Source: an uncultured Chitinophagales bacterium (lineage in GTDB: Bacteria; Bacteroidota; Rhodothermia; Balneolales; CAYWCV01). From it: DNA of 57,564 nt. Numbering within the stretch: position 1 is the first letter of the stretch; each line of letters starts with the position of its first letter. Under the pieces are notes generated by a model. That model saw only the letters and a program-made list of their open reading frames with translations. It was not told the DNA's origin and did no database searches. Where the stretch lies: positions 1-57,564 of the forward strand of contig CAZXGO010000006.1 of the NCBI GenBank assembly GCA_964640035.1, written 5' to 3'. A program made the translations under genes and the position numbers. Below are positions 36,795 through 45,976 of the stretch, piece by piece.

Positions 36795-37029
36795 TCAATC
36801 ACGTACAATCACGTACAATCATGAACAATCACGTTCAATCATCGACCTTTCCCATTTTGAGCTTGGCATTGAGGGCGTAGCACGAAATGCCAGCGAAGGA
36901 CCTTGTATTTTTTCCGATCCCCAAACTCTGTAAAGATCCCTCGGCTTCGCCTCGGGATAGGCAACTCACATAGCCTGAACAGTGACTGAAAATGATTGTT
37001 AACGATTGTACATGATTGAAAATGATTGT
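36795..37029. repeat. Family C word-array palindrome (10-bp-phased CAATCA(C/T) words)
   Basis: Left arm tcaatcacgtacaatcacgtacaatcatgaacaatcacgttcaatcatcga. Right arm tgaaaatgattgttaacgattgtacatgattgaaaatgattg. A core of about 140 bp lies between them. The element sits in the divergent trxB/pntAA spacer. Confidence 0.85.
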
Positions 37030-37198
37030 CTCACCGCGCATCAGCTACAATAACATTCGCAACATCTGCACGATAATCGACTTTCAGGTTCCCCATGCAA
37101 TAGTTACATTGAAGCATCATTTGTATGCTTTAGTCAAATCGGAGGATGACATGATAGGTTTGACTGAAGATCAGTCTTTAAATTAGCAGGAATCTAGT

Positions 37199-38329
37199 AT
37201 GATTGCAGCCGTTCCAAAGGAGACCTTGGCAGGCGAGACGCGTGTGGCATTGACCCCCGATCTCGTTGCTGATGTCAAGAAACTCGGTCTGGAGGTAATG
37301 GTCGAATCGGGTGCTGGTGAGGGCTCTTTTGCCTCCGACACCCAGTATATGGACGCAGGTGCCACCATTGCCAAAACCGCCGATGAATTGTATGAAAAAG
37401 CCGGCATGATTCTTAAAGTGCAAAAGCCTACCGATGCCGAAATTGCCCGAATGAAACCGGGAACGATTCTGATTAGCTTTTTGTGGGCGCTCAGCGATCC
37501 CGAGCTGGTCGAAAAGCTTAAAAAAGCAAAGGTTACAGCCTTGGGTATGGAAGCCATCCCCCGAATAACTAGGGCACAGAGCATGGATGCACTTTCATCG
37601 ATGAGCTCACTGGCAGGGTATAAGTCGGTACTCATTGGCGCCGCGAACCTGGGTAAATATCTGCCGATGATGATGACTGCTGCCGGTACGATTCGACCAT
37701 CGAAAGTCCTCATTCTAGGCGCGGGTGTGGCTGGTCTACAGGCGATTGCCACAGCACGACGTCTTGGCGCGATGGTGGAGGCATTTGATGTGCGTCCAGC
37801 GGTAAAAGAGCAGGTTGAGAGTTTGGGAGCTCGCTTCGTGGATGTTCCCCTCGACGACGACACCGAAACCAAAGGGGGTTATGCCAAGGAACTTTCAAAA
37901 GATGCGCAGGATCGTCAACATGAAGTGATCCACAAGCATGTGACAGCGGCCGATGTAGTGATCAGTACTGCACTGATCCCAGGCAAAAAGGCGCCAACCT
38001 TGATCACAAAGGCTATGGTGGAAGACATGGTGGCCGGATCGGTGATCGTTGATCTTGCTGCTGAACAAGGTGGTAATTGTGAATACACAAAAGCCGGAGA
38101 AGTTGTAGATGTAAAGGGGGTAAGCGTACATGGTCCAGTGAACCTGCCGGCATCAATGTCGATACATGCAAGCCAAATGTATGCCCGAAATATTCTGGCC
38201 CTGCTCAAAAACATGGTCAAAGAGGGCGAACCTTTCTTTGACATGAACGACGAGATCACTCTATACACAACAATCACCCGTGATGGCGAGATCGTAAGTC
38301 CGCTACTCAAACCTACTATGGAGGCTTAG
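37199..38329 (+). CDS. pntAA: NAD(P) transhydrogenase subunit alpha, part 1
   Basis: MIAAVPKETLAGETRVALTPD, the Rossmann motif ILGAGVAGLQAIATARRLGA, and DLAAEQGGNCE. Confidence 0.93.
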   Translation: MIAAVPKETLAGETRVALTPDLVADVKKLGLEVMVESGAGEGSFASDTQYMDAGATIAKTADELYEKAGMILKVQKPTDAEIARMKPGTILISFLWALSDPELVEKLKKAKVTALGMEAIPRITRAQSMDALSSMSSLAGYKSVLIGAANLGKYLPMMMTAAGTIRPSKVLILGAGVAGLQAIATARRLGAMVEAFDVRPAVKEQVESLGARFVDVPLDDDTETKGGYAKELSKDAQDRQHEVIHKHVTAADVVISTALIPGKKAPTLITKAMVEDMVAGSVIVDLAAEQGGNCEYTKAGEVVDVKGVSVHGPVNLPASMSIHASQMYARNILALLKNMVKEGEPFFDMNDEITLYTTITRDGEIVSPLLKPTMEA

Positions 38330-38331
38330 TT

Positions 38332-38613
38332 ATGGATCTTTTGATATTTAATCTATTCGTGTTTGTCCTGGCTGTTTTTATCGGTTTCGAGGTCATCACT
38401 AAGGTACCCAACACCTTACATACCCCATTGATGTCGGGTTCGAATGCGATCTCCGGAATCACCATCGTCGGTGCCCTTGCGGTGATAGGTCATGTGGAGG
38501 GTCCATTGGCTCAGTGGCTTGCCTTCTTCGCCTTGATTTTCGCTACGATTAACGTAGTGGGTGGCTTCATGGTGACCGACAGGATGTTACAAATGTTTCG
38601 TAAGAAGGATTAA
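38332..38613 (+). CDS. pntAB: NAD(P) transhydrogenase subunit alpha, part 2 (membrane)
   Basis: 93-aa, 3-TM protein with PLMSGSNAISGI, located between pntAA and pntB. Confidence 0.9.
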   Translation: MDLLIFNLFVFVLAVFIGFEVITKVPNTLHTPLMSGSNAISGITIVGALAVIGHVEGPLAQWLAFFALIFATINVVGGFMVTDRMLQMFRKKD

Positions 38614-38616
38614 GCC

Positions 38617-40011
38617 ATGGAAACGACACATATTGTACAATTGGCCTATTTAGTGGCCATTTCGATGTTTATTATCGGTTTAAAGCGTCTTAGTTCGCCT
38701 GCCACAGCTCGCTCGGGGAACCAGCTGGCCGCCTGGGGCATGTTCGTGGGTGTTGTGGCAACAATCGAGAACCAAGGTATTTTAGGTTATGAGTTTATCA
38801 TTACTGGTATCATTATCGGTTCTCTGATCGGTGCTGTTCTGGCACGAAAAATTGAGATGACCTCCATGCCTGAGATGGTCGCTCTACTCAATGGTTTCGG
38901 GGGTATCGCCTCAAGTTTGGTTGCTATAGGCGAATTTTATCGCTTCACGGATCCCACAGTGATCGCTGCTGGTGATTTGGGAACCATTGGGGTGAGTGTA
39001 TTGATCGGTTTCATCACCTTGACAGGTAGTTTACTGGCTTTTGGCAAGCTTAAAGGCATCGTGACGGGTAGAGCGGTAACCTACAAGGGTCAGCAGATCG
39101 TAAACGTGCTCCTGGGACTCATGACCTTAGGAAGTATGGTGATGTTTTCGATTGATCCCACAGACCCGACCTGGTTATATGTGCTCATTATTGGCTCACT
39201 CATTCTAGGTGTGGTTTTAGTTATCCCAATTGGGGGTGCTGATATGCCCGTGGTTATTTCACTACTCAATTCCTACTCAGGTGTTGCGGCCTCAGCAACG
39301 GGATTTGTCTTGAATAACAATCTGTTGATCATCGCCGGTGCGTTGGTGGGTGCATCAGGGCTTATCTTGACGAATATCATGTGCAAAGCGATGAATCGCT
39401 CTCTGGGGAATGTGCTCTTCGGTGCCTTCGGATCAGTAGTAGAGCAAGTGGGTGCAGGTGCCGATGGGGCAGCTAAAACCTATCGTCAGGCTTCGGCTGA
39501 TGACGTAGCCGTTATGACTGCCTATGCACAGAAAGTCATCATCGTACCCGGCTATGGATTGGCTGTTGCCCAAGCGCAGCACAGCATCCGCGAAGTTGGG
39601 GAGTTCCTCGAGCGCAAAGGAGTAGACGTGAAATATGCGATTCACCCAGTGGCTGGGCGTATGCCGGGGCATATGAACGTACTGTTGGCGGAGGCCAACG
39701 TGCCTTATGATCAGCTCTATGATATGGATGAGATCAATAGCGACTTCGAAAGTACAGACGTAGTACTAGTGATTGGTGCCAACGATGTTGTAAATCCCGC
39801 GGCTCGAGACAATCCTCAAAGTCCAATTTATGGAATGCCTATCCTGGATGTGGATAAAGCCAAAACCGTGGTAGTATTTAAACGTAGTATGAATCCAGGC
39901 TTCGCCGGAATCGACAACGACCTGTTCTATCTCGACAACACCTATATGTATTTTGGGGATGCCAAGAAGTCGGTAATGGGATTGTTGGGCGCCTTGAAAG
40001 AAAATGGGTGA
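38617..40011 (+). CDS. pntB: NAD(P) transhydrogenase subunit beta
   Basis: Polytopic N-terminal part, then the dIII domain (VPGYGLAVAQAQH, HPVAGRMPGHMNVLLAEA, GANDVVNPAA). Confidence 0.95.
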   Translation: METTHIVQLAYLVAISMFIIGLKRLSSPATARSGNQLAAWGMFVGVVATIENQGILGYEFIITGIIIGSLIGAVLARKIEMTSMPEMVALLNGFGGIASSLVAIGEFYRFTDPTVIAAGDLGTIGVSVLIGFITLTGSLLAFGKLKGIVTGRAVTYKGQQIVNVLLGLMTLGSMVMFSIDPTDPTWLYVLIIGSLILGVVLVIPIGGADMPVVISLLNSYSGVAASATGFVLNNNLLIIAGALVGASGLILTNIMCKAMNRSLGNVLFGAFGSVVEQVGAGADGAAKTYRQASADDVAVMTAYAQKVIIVPGYGLAVAQAQHSIREVGEFLERKGVDVKYAIHPVAGRMPGHMNVLLAEANVPYDQLYDMDEINSDFESTDVVLVIGANDVVNPAARDNPQSPIYGMPILDVDKAKTVVVFKRSMNPGFAGIDNDLFYLDNTYMYFGDAKKSVMGLLGALKENG

Positions 40012-40210
40012 GGATAAGAGTTGAAGAGGTGAGGAATTGAAGAGTTGAAGGGGGTGTTCGAAAGTTCATCCCCTTTTTTATTTAAAAAGATCCCTCAATT
40101 CATTTGGATTGACCTCTTGATGGCCCTTCTTTAGAATAGTTGTAAATCAATTGGGCTCTTCAACTCCTCAACTCTTCAACTCCTCAATCTTCAACCTTAT
40201 CCCTCATCTC
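40009..40210. repeat. Family T word-array palindrome, copy 3
   Basis: The left arm tgaggataagagttgaagaggtgaggaattgaagagttgaaggggg starts at the pntB stop. The right arm is gctcttcaactcctcaactcttcaactcctcaatcttcaaccttatccctcatctc. The core contains aagggg...cccctt plus a T6 run (possible terminator). Confidence 0.85.
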
Positions 40211-40239
40211 TGATCCTCGAAATTTCGTATTTTTGGGAA

Positions 40240-41547
40240 ATGAAAACACGCATCCCCCACATCTACGTACACACCCTCGGGTGCTCAAAAAATATTGTTG
40301 ACTCTGAAGTGCTCGTAGCACAAGCCAGGGCGAACGACTTTGTTGTAACTGAATCGGTTGACAAGGCCGATGTTTTGGTGATCAATACCTGTGGTTTTAT
40401 CGAAGCGGCAAAGCAGGAATCGATCGAACACATTCTACAGGGGGTTGAGCTTCGTAAGAAAGGGCAGCTGAAGAAACTTCTGGTGATGGGTTGTTTATCA
40501 CAGCGCTATCAATCGGACCTGGAGTCCGAAATCCCGGAAGTGGATCGCTATTTTGGTACTACACACCTCCCAGAGATCCTAGAGGAACTGGGCGGTGGCT
40601 ACAAATATGAGTTGCTTGGTGAGCGTACCCTCTCAACGCCACAACATTTTGCGTATCTAAAGATCTCAGAGGGATGTGATAACCCTTGTTCCTTTTGTTC
40701 AATCCCTCTGATGCGTGGTGGACACCGTTCTAAGCCTATGGATGAGCTTCTCATTGAAGCGCGTTTACTCAAAGCTAGAGGAGTGAGAGAATTGATCCTC
40801 ATCGGCCAAGATTTGACCTATTACGGCCTCGATGTGTATGAAAAGCGTACCCTTGCGGAGTTATTACAGCGTTTGTCTGATCTGGGATTCGACTGGATAC
40901 GTTTGCTCTACGCCTATCCAGCCAAGTTTCCGGTTGATATTTTACCGGTTATTCGCGAGCGCGAAAATATCGTCAAGTACCTGGATATGCCTATCCAGCA
41001 CGTAGACACCGATGTCTTAAAATCCATGCGTCGTGGAGTCACTGAAAAACGTCTACGTGAGTTGATTGCACAGATTCGGGATGAAGTTCCGGGCATTCGG
41101 ATGCGTACTACCCTAATTGTGGGCTATCCAACCGAGACGAAAGAGCACTATGAGACCCTTCTACAGTTCATGAAAGATATCCGCTTCGATCGCTTGGGGG
41201 TATTTGCCTACAGTCAGGAGGATGGAACTACGGCATACGATTTAGGGGATCCAATCTCGAAAAAAGAGAAACAGCGTCGGGTAGCCGAAGCTATGAAAGT
41301 GCAGGAAGGCATTAGTTTTGAAAAGAATCAAGCTCTTATCGGACAGATAATGCCGGTACTCATTGACCGCATTGAAGATGGGGTAGCTTATGGACGCACG
41401 GAGTTTGACACTCCAGAGGTTGACAATGAAGTGATCATTCAAGGTGCTTCCGAAGGCTTCAAGGTCTCCGATCTCAAAATAGGTGAGTTCTACCCGGTCG
41501 AAATGATCGACGCGGAGGCGTTTGATCTGTTTGGAGAGATCAGATAG
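40240..41547 (+). CDS. rimO: Ribosomal protein S12 methylthiotransferase RimO
   Basis: MTTase N-domain (TLGCSKN, INTCGFI), radical-SAM CDNPCSFCSIP, and a TRAM C-terminus. Confidence 0.93.
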   Translation: MKTRIPHIYVHTLGCSKNIVDSEVLVAQARANDFVVTESVDKADVLVINTCGFIEAAKQESIEHILQGVELRKKGQLKKLLVMGCLSQRYQSDLESEIPEVDRYFGTTHLPEILEELGGGYKYELLGERTLSTPQHFAYLKISEGCDNPCSFCSIPLMRGGHRSKPMDELLIEARLLKARGVRELILIGQDLTYYGLDVYEKRTLAELLQRLSDLGFDWIRLLYAYPAKFPVDILPVIRERENIVKYLDMPIQHVDTDVLKSMRRGVTEKRLRELIAQIRDEVPGIRMRTTLIVGYPTETKEHYETLLQFMKDIRFDRLGVFAYSQEDGTTAYDLGDPISKKEKQRRVAEAMKVQEGISFEKNQALIGQIMPVLIDRIEDGVAYGRTEFDTPEVDNEVIIQGASEGFKVSDLKIGEFYPVEMIDAEAFDLFGEIR

Positions 41548-41784
41548 CGGGGATCAGACAAGGTTGAAGATTGAAGAGTTGAAGAATGATGATAGGTGGC
41601 AGGTAGGGGGTGGAAATCATCAACAATCATTTAGAATAATTAACAATCATTTTCAATCATTAAGATTCAATCCGATGAGCGGATTCTTGTTCAATTGATG
41701 CACTGATGCCATGTTGCCTTGATGCCTTATTTCATCAACTCTTCAACTCTTCAATCCTCAATCCTCAACCTTGCCCGATCCCCG
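41548..41784. repeat. Composite element: family T terminal inverted repeats enclosing family C words and inverted family G words
   Basis: TIRs are cggggatcagacaaggttgaagattgaagagttgaagaatgatga and tcatcaactcttcaactcttcaatcctcaatcctcaaccttgcccgatccccg. Inside are caatcat words (41614-41662), the hairpin aatccg/cggatt, and tcaattgatgcactgatgccatgttgccttgatgcctt, which is the reverse complement of family G. Confidence 0.85.
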
Positions 41785-41921
41785 ATTTTACATCTTTTAA
41801 TAAACTTATTCCTGATTCACAGAAAAAGTTGGAAATCATCCAAATCGGGATCGTATTTTCCTCATTGCACTCTAATGCGTGAAACCGCTATGCGGTAATC
41901 TAAAAACATGTCCGAACACCT

Positions 41922-44474
41922 ATGAAATACACTCTACTGTCGCATGTAAAGCTCGGAAAAGCCTCCGTTCTTTCTATGCTCATGGCGGGTAGCCTAATGG
42001 CTGGCGCCTGTACCTCTACAAAAACGACTGCTCCAGCCGCTAGTCCAGCTCGCCCTGCCGGTGCGCCCGCTGCTAACGGAGCTGTTGGTGCCCCTGCCGG
42101 TGCTAGTGCTGCTGCTCGCGGTGCTGCCGCTGCCGGAATCAAGCCATTCAAAGATGTGATCACAGCCAAGGCGAAATCTGATCCTGGTATGTTTACCGTG
42201 CATGAAGTGGATGGTAAATACTTCTTTGAAATACCAAACAAATTATTGGGACGTGAAATCTTGATGATCAGTCGTATTGCCAAGACGGCAACCGGTATTG
42301 GTTTTGGTGGTGAGAAACTAGGTCAACAGACCCTCGTTTTCACTCGTCGTGGCGACAATATCGATATGAAGACCGCCAGCTACATTAACGTAGCCGCCGA
42401 TTCTCTTCCTATTGCACAGGCGATCAAAAACTCCAACAACGAACCTATCCTCTACACCTTTGATATCAAAGCGCTAAATCGTGATTCTTCAGGTGTGGTT
42501 ATTGAGGTTACTCCTCTACTGACAACGGATGTCCCTGTAATGGGGATGAGTGCGAATCAACGTACTTCACTCCGCGTGCGTCGTTTGGACCCAAGCCGTA
42601 CGTATGTTGAATCTATCAAAAGTTATACCGATAACGTTGAAGCTCGCCATGTACTAACCTATGATGCTCAGTCACCTCCAACCAATCCAGCATCAAGCAC
42701 TATTTCGTTGGTAGTAAATCATTCAATGATTCTTCTACCTGAAACTCCGATGATGTCTCGTATCTATGATCCACGCGTGGGCTACTTTGCCGTGCGTCAA
42801 ACGGATTACGGTCTCGATGAACAACGTTCTACCACTCGTACTTACATCAAACGCTGGAGACTCGAGCCAAAACCTGAAGATGTTGAGCGTTATTTAGCTG
42901 GTGAGCTTGTTGAGCCTGCTAAACCAATTATTTACTATGTTGACCCAGCAACACCAGAAAAATGGCGTCCCTACTTGCTCAAAGGAGTTGATGACTGGCA
43001 AGTTGCGTTTGAAGCAGCCGGATTCAAAAACGCCATTCAGGGTAAGCTTCCTCCATCACCGGAAGAAGATCCGGAATTCAGCCCAGAGAATATCCGCTAT
43101 GCGGTAATTCGCTACTTCACTTCTCCAATTGCGAATGCATATGGCCCAAGTGAAGCAGATCCACGTTCTGGCGAGATCCTGGATTCAGATATCGGCTGGT
43201 ATCACAATGTTATGAACCTGCTCCGCAACTGGTTCTTTGTTCAAACCGCAGCCATCAACCCAGAGGCTCGTGGTGTTAAGTTCAAAGATGAAGTAATGGG
43301 TGAGTTGATTCGATTTGTATCAGCCCACGAAGTAGGGCACACTCTCGGTTTGCCACACAATATGAAATCAAGTTCAGCCTATCCGGTTGACTCCCTTCGC
43401 TCAGCAACCTTTACCCAGCAGTATAACACAGCTCCATCCATCATGGACTATGCTCGTTTCAACTACGTTGCTCAGCCGGGTGATGCAGGTGTAGCTTTGA
43501 TGCCTGGTGTTGGTCCTTACGATAAATATGCCATTAACTGGGGTTATCGCTGGTTACCAAACATTACAGACCCTACTCAGGAAAAAGAGACCCTAGACAG
43601 CTGGATTCTTGCCAAAGAAGGCGATCCAATGTATATGTTTGGTGATGATGGCGATGGACGTATTGACCCATCAGCACAAACGGAAGATTTGGGTGATGAT
43701 TCCATGAAGGCAAGTGCCTACGGTATTGCAAACCTTAAACGAATCCTTCCTAATCTAATCGAATGGGGTACCGTTGAAGGACAGGGTTACGATGAACTCG
43801 CGGAACTCTATGGTCAGGTTTTGGGTCAGTGGAACCGTTACATGGGTCACATTGCCACCAACGTGGGAGGTGTGTATCGTACCCGTAAAGCAGCCGGACA
43901 AGAAGGTGTGATCTACGAATTCGTTGAGAAAGAGCGTATGCAACGCGCTGTGAAAATGTTGGGCGACGAAGCCTTCAAAGCACCAACTTGGATGGTCAAA
44001 GACGATATTCTAGGACGTATCGAAAATACAGGTAACACCAACCGTATTATTGGTGCGATGACAGGAACCCTGAATCGCGTTCTGGATGCCCAAAAAATGA
44101 TCCGTCTCCTCGACTACGAAGCCCTTAAAGGGAACCAGGCTTATACAGTAAGTAATCTGTTTACGGATCTACGTGCTTCTGTATGGACTGAGTTGAGCAC
44201 CGGCCGCAATGTTGATATCTACCGTCGTGGCTTACAGCGTGGTTATGTGGAGCGTATGGGTAGCTTCATGGAAGATGCTCCTGCAGTTCCTGCTGCGCTG
44301 GCAGCATTCACAGGTGGATCAACCAACCTGACGACTTCCGATATTCGTCCATTGGTTCGTGCCGAACTCGTTCGCCTTCGCGGTCAGCTGCGTGCTGCCG
44401 GTGGTGATGCGGTAACCCGTGCACACTACCAGGATTTGGCTGCCCGAATCGATGCGATTCTTGAGCCAAAATAA
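41922..44474 (+). CDS. Secreted zinc-dependent metalloprotease (DUF5117/DUF4953-type, Bacteroidota-typical)
   Basis: Signal/lipoprotein-like N-terminus with an Ala/Pro-rich linker, the zincin motif VSAHEVGHTLGLPHN, and a length of 850 aa. Confidence 0.8.
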   Translation: MKYTLLSHVKLGKASVLSMLMAGSLMAGACTSTKTTAPAASPARPAGAPAANGAVGAPAGASAAARGAAAAGIKPFKDVITAKAKSDPGMFTVHEVDGKYFFEIPNKLLGREILMISRIAKTATGIGFGGEKLGQQTLVFTRRGDNIDMKTASYINVAADSLPIAQAIKNSNNEPILYTFDIKALNRDSSGVVIEVTPLLTTDVPVMGMSANQRTSLRVRRLDPSRTYVESIKSYTDNVEARHVLTYDAQSPPTNPASSTISLVVNHSMILLPETPMMSRIYDPRVGYFAVRQTDYGLDEQRSTTRTYIKRWRLEPKPEDVERYLAGELVEPAKPIIYYVDPATPEKWRPYLLKGVDDWQVAFEAAGFKNAIQGKLPPSPEEDPEFSPENIRYAVIRYFTSPIANAYGPSEADPRSGEILDSDIGWYHNVMNLLRNWFFVQTAAINPEARGVKFKDEVMGELIRFVSAHEVGHTLGLPHNMKSSSAYPVDSLRSATFTQQYNTAPSIMDYARFNYVAQPGDAGVALMPGVGPYDKYAINWGYRWLPNITDPTQEKETLDSWILAKEGDPMYMFGDDGDGRIDPSAQTEDLGDDSMKASAYGIANLKRILPNLIEWGTVEGQGYDELAELYGQVLGQWNRYMGHIATNVGGVYRTRKAAGQEGVIYEFVEKERMQRAVKMLGDEAFKAPTWMVKDDILGRIENTGNTNRIIGAMTGTLNRVLDAQKMIRLLDYEALKGNQAYTVSNLFTDLRASVWTELSTGRNVDIYRRGLQRGYVERMGSFMEDAPAVPAALAAFTGGSTNLTTSDIRPLVRAELVRLRGQLRAAGGDAVTRAHYQDLAARIDAILEPK

Positions 44475-44502
44475 GCTCTGGTTTTCATCCTGAGATAAAA
44501 AA

Positions 44503-44534
44503 AGAGCCCGGTGTGATTCATCGGGCTCTTTTTG
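44503..44534. terminator. Bidirectional rho-independent terminator between convergent genes
   Basis: agagcccg / cgggctct stem, with an A run upstream and a T5 run downstream. Confidence 0.8.
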
Positions 44535-44553
44535 TTTATTACGCTGAGTAAAG

Positions 44554-45471
44554 TTATTCGATCTTGAAAAGCTCCTTGAGCAGGCGACGTTCCCCCTCCT
44601 CTGTGTTTCGTGCTACATAAACCGGAAAACGGTGGTTTTTTCGTAATACTTCTTCGGTGGTGCTTCCAACAAGGAAGGCGGTTAATGCTGAATGTCCTCT
44701 ACTTCCCATCACGATTAGGTCAACATTTTTTTCTTCGGCAGCTGTGATAATAGCACCGGCCGTTGATCTTTCCTCTAGCGCAACGATAGGGTGCATAGAT
44801 ACTCCTTTAATCATATTCTGTTCAGATAACCACCCCTTTAATCCTTTTTCGGTAGCATCAAACAGTTTTTCTGACATTTGGTCGAAGGTCAAACCAGTTT
44901 TAAAATAGCCGGCCGGAACAGAATAACTTGAGATTATGGATAGTTCACGAAAATCAGGGAAATACGATTTTAACATTGCCGCACACTGATAGGCGTTTTG
45001 AGAGGATCTTGAGAAGTCTGTAGCTAAAAGCACATGATGTAATCTGGAAACCTCAATATGAGGTACAATCCACAAACTTGCAGTAGATCTGGATGCCAAC
45101 TGTGTTGCCAGGTGTCCAGAACCATGATCGTGAAAACGTTTACCCAAGAAAACGAGATCTATATTCTCATTGTGAATATATCGAAGTATTTCTGCGGAAA
45201 GAGAACCCTTTAGAACAGCAGATATACCTGTTTCAGCACTTTTTAGCCCCATTTTTATGGTATGGCGGCGCAAATCATCAGCATCAAAGCCATCACCGGC
45301 AATATCATACATCTCTTCTAGTTCCGGTATCGAAACGTTATAAGGGCGTTTAGAAATAACATGAACTAGATGTAATTCACTATCGTTTAAAACCCCACCC
45401 AAATTGGATATATATGAAATAAGGTTTTGATCGGATGATTCAAGACTTAGACACACTAGTATACGTTTCAT
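44554..45471 (-). CDS. Tandem universal stress protein (UspA) domain protein
   Basis: Two Usp-like halves. The C-terminal half carries the ATP-binding-type motif DLIVMGSRGHSALTAFLVGSTTEEVL. Confidence 0.75.
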   Translation of the reverse strand: MKRILVCLSLESSDQNLISYISNLGGVLNDSELHLVHVISKRPYNVSIPELEEMYDIAGDGFDADDLRRHTIKMGLKSAETGISAVLKGSLSAEILRYIHNENIDLVFLGKRFHDHGSGHLATQLASRSTASLWIVPHIEVSRLHHVLLATDFSRSSQNAYQCAAMLKSYFPDFRELSIISSYSVPAGYFKTGLTFDQMSEKLFDATEKGLKGWLSEQNMIKGVSMHPIVALEERSTAGAIITAAEEKNVDLIVMGSRGHSALTAFLVGSTTEEVLRKNHRFPVYVARNTEEGERRLLKELFKIE

Positions 45472-45539
45472 CGTAGTTCTCCTCTGATTAACAAGCGTAC
45501 GTTCAGTTCAGTACAACTAAGTTAAATAGACTTGGACGC

Positions 45540-45572
45540 AAAAAAAAAGCCACATCAAAGATTGATGCGGCT
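45540..45572 (-). terminator. Rho-independent terminator of the small lipoprotein gene
   Basis: On the minus strand: agccgcatcaa-tctt-tgatgtggct followed by a T9 run. Confidence 0.8.
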
Positions 45573-45601
45573 TTAACCCGAAGGTTGAATTTTAGCTAAA
45601 C

Positions 45602-45808
45602 TTAGTTAGCTGGGGCTGCTGTAGAGTCAGCTGGAGCTGCTGTAGAGTCAGCTGGAGCTGCTGTAGTATCAGCAGGTGCCATTTCAACTGGAGCTTCTTC
45701 AACTGCTGGTTCTTCTTGTGGAGTACATGCTACTGCACCAAAAGAAAGAGCTGCGGCGAAAGCAAAAACAGCAATCTTGCCGAATCCGTTAGATACAAAT
45801 GATTTCAT
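45602..45808 (-). CDS. Small lipoprotein with a repetitive acidic Ala/Pro/Thr tail
   Basis: Signal peptide with the lipobox-like sequence LSFGAVAC, then PAVEEAPVEMAPADTTAAPADSTAAPADSTAAPAN. It has its own terminator. Confidence 0.65.
   Translation of the reverse strand: MKSFVSNGFGKIAVFAFAAALSFGAVACTPQEEPAVEEAPVEMAPADTTAAPADSTAAPADSTAAPAN
45609..45671. repeat. 3 x 21-bp tandem repeat (encodes the ADSTAAP heptads)
   Basis: The three units are gctggggctgctgtagagtca, gctggagctgctgtagagtca and gctggagctgctgtagtatca. Confidence 0.9.
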
Positions 45809-45976
45809 TTTTCGTGTGTTGTTGTTTAGGGTTCACTACCACACCGTTATGGTTTGTGGAATAGCTGGTAGTCGTTAAAGGTACGAACTTTTTGATAAAC
45901 CAAAATTTTTCTTGCACAAATAGAGTACTTTTTCTGTAGTTTTTGCTAAAATTTTCTAAAAAAACCTAAAAATATC

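Noticed and set aside
36795-37029. Whether the word arrays (families T, C, G, H) could be CRISPR arrays.
   Set aside because: The units are only 8-16 bp and directly abut each other without unique spacers of CRISPR size. Each array has an inverted partner arm, and no cas genes are present.
36835-37041. A 68-aa ORF on the minus strand inside the family C element.
   Set aside because: It lies entirely within repeat arms and core. Part of the sequence is repeat-derived (IIFNH...LTIIFSH), and nothing supports a start site.
37183-37872. A 229-aa antisense ORF opposite pntAA.
   Set aside because: It gives an Ala/Ser/Arg-rich nonsense-like sequence, whereas the + strand encodes a complete transhydrogenase alpha subunit with a Rossmann motif.
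41548-41784. Calling the composite element a bona fide MITE or mobile element.
   Set aside because: It has good terminal inverted repeats, but I could not find target-site duplications or any transposase in the window. It is therefore reported as a repeat with mobility as a hypothesis only.
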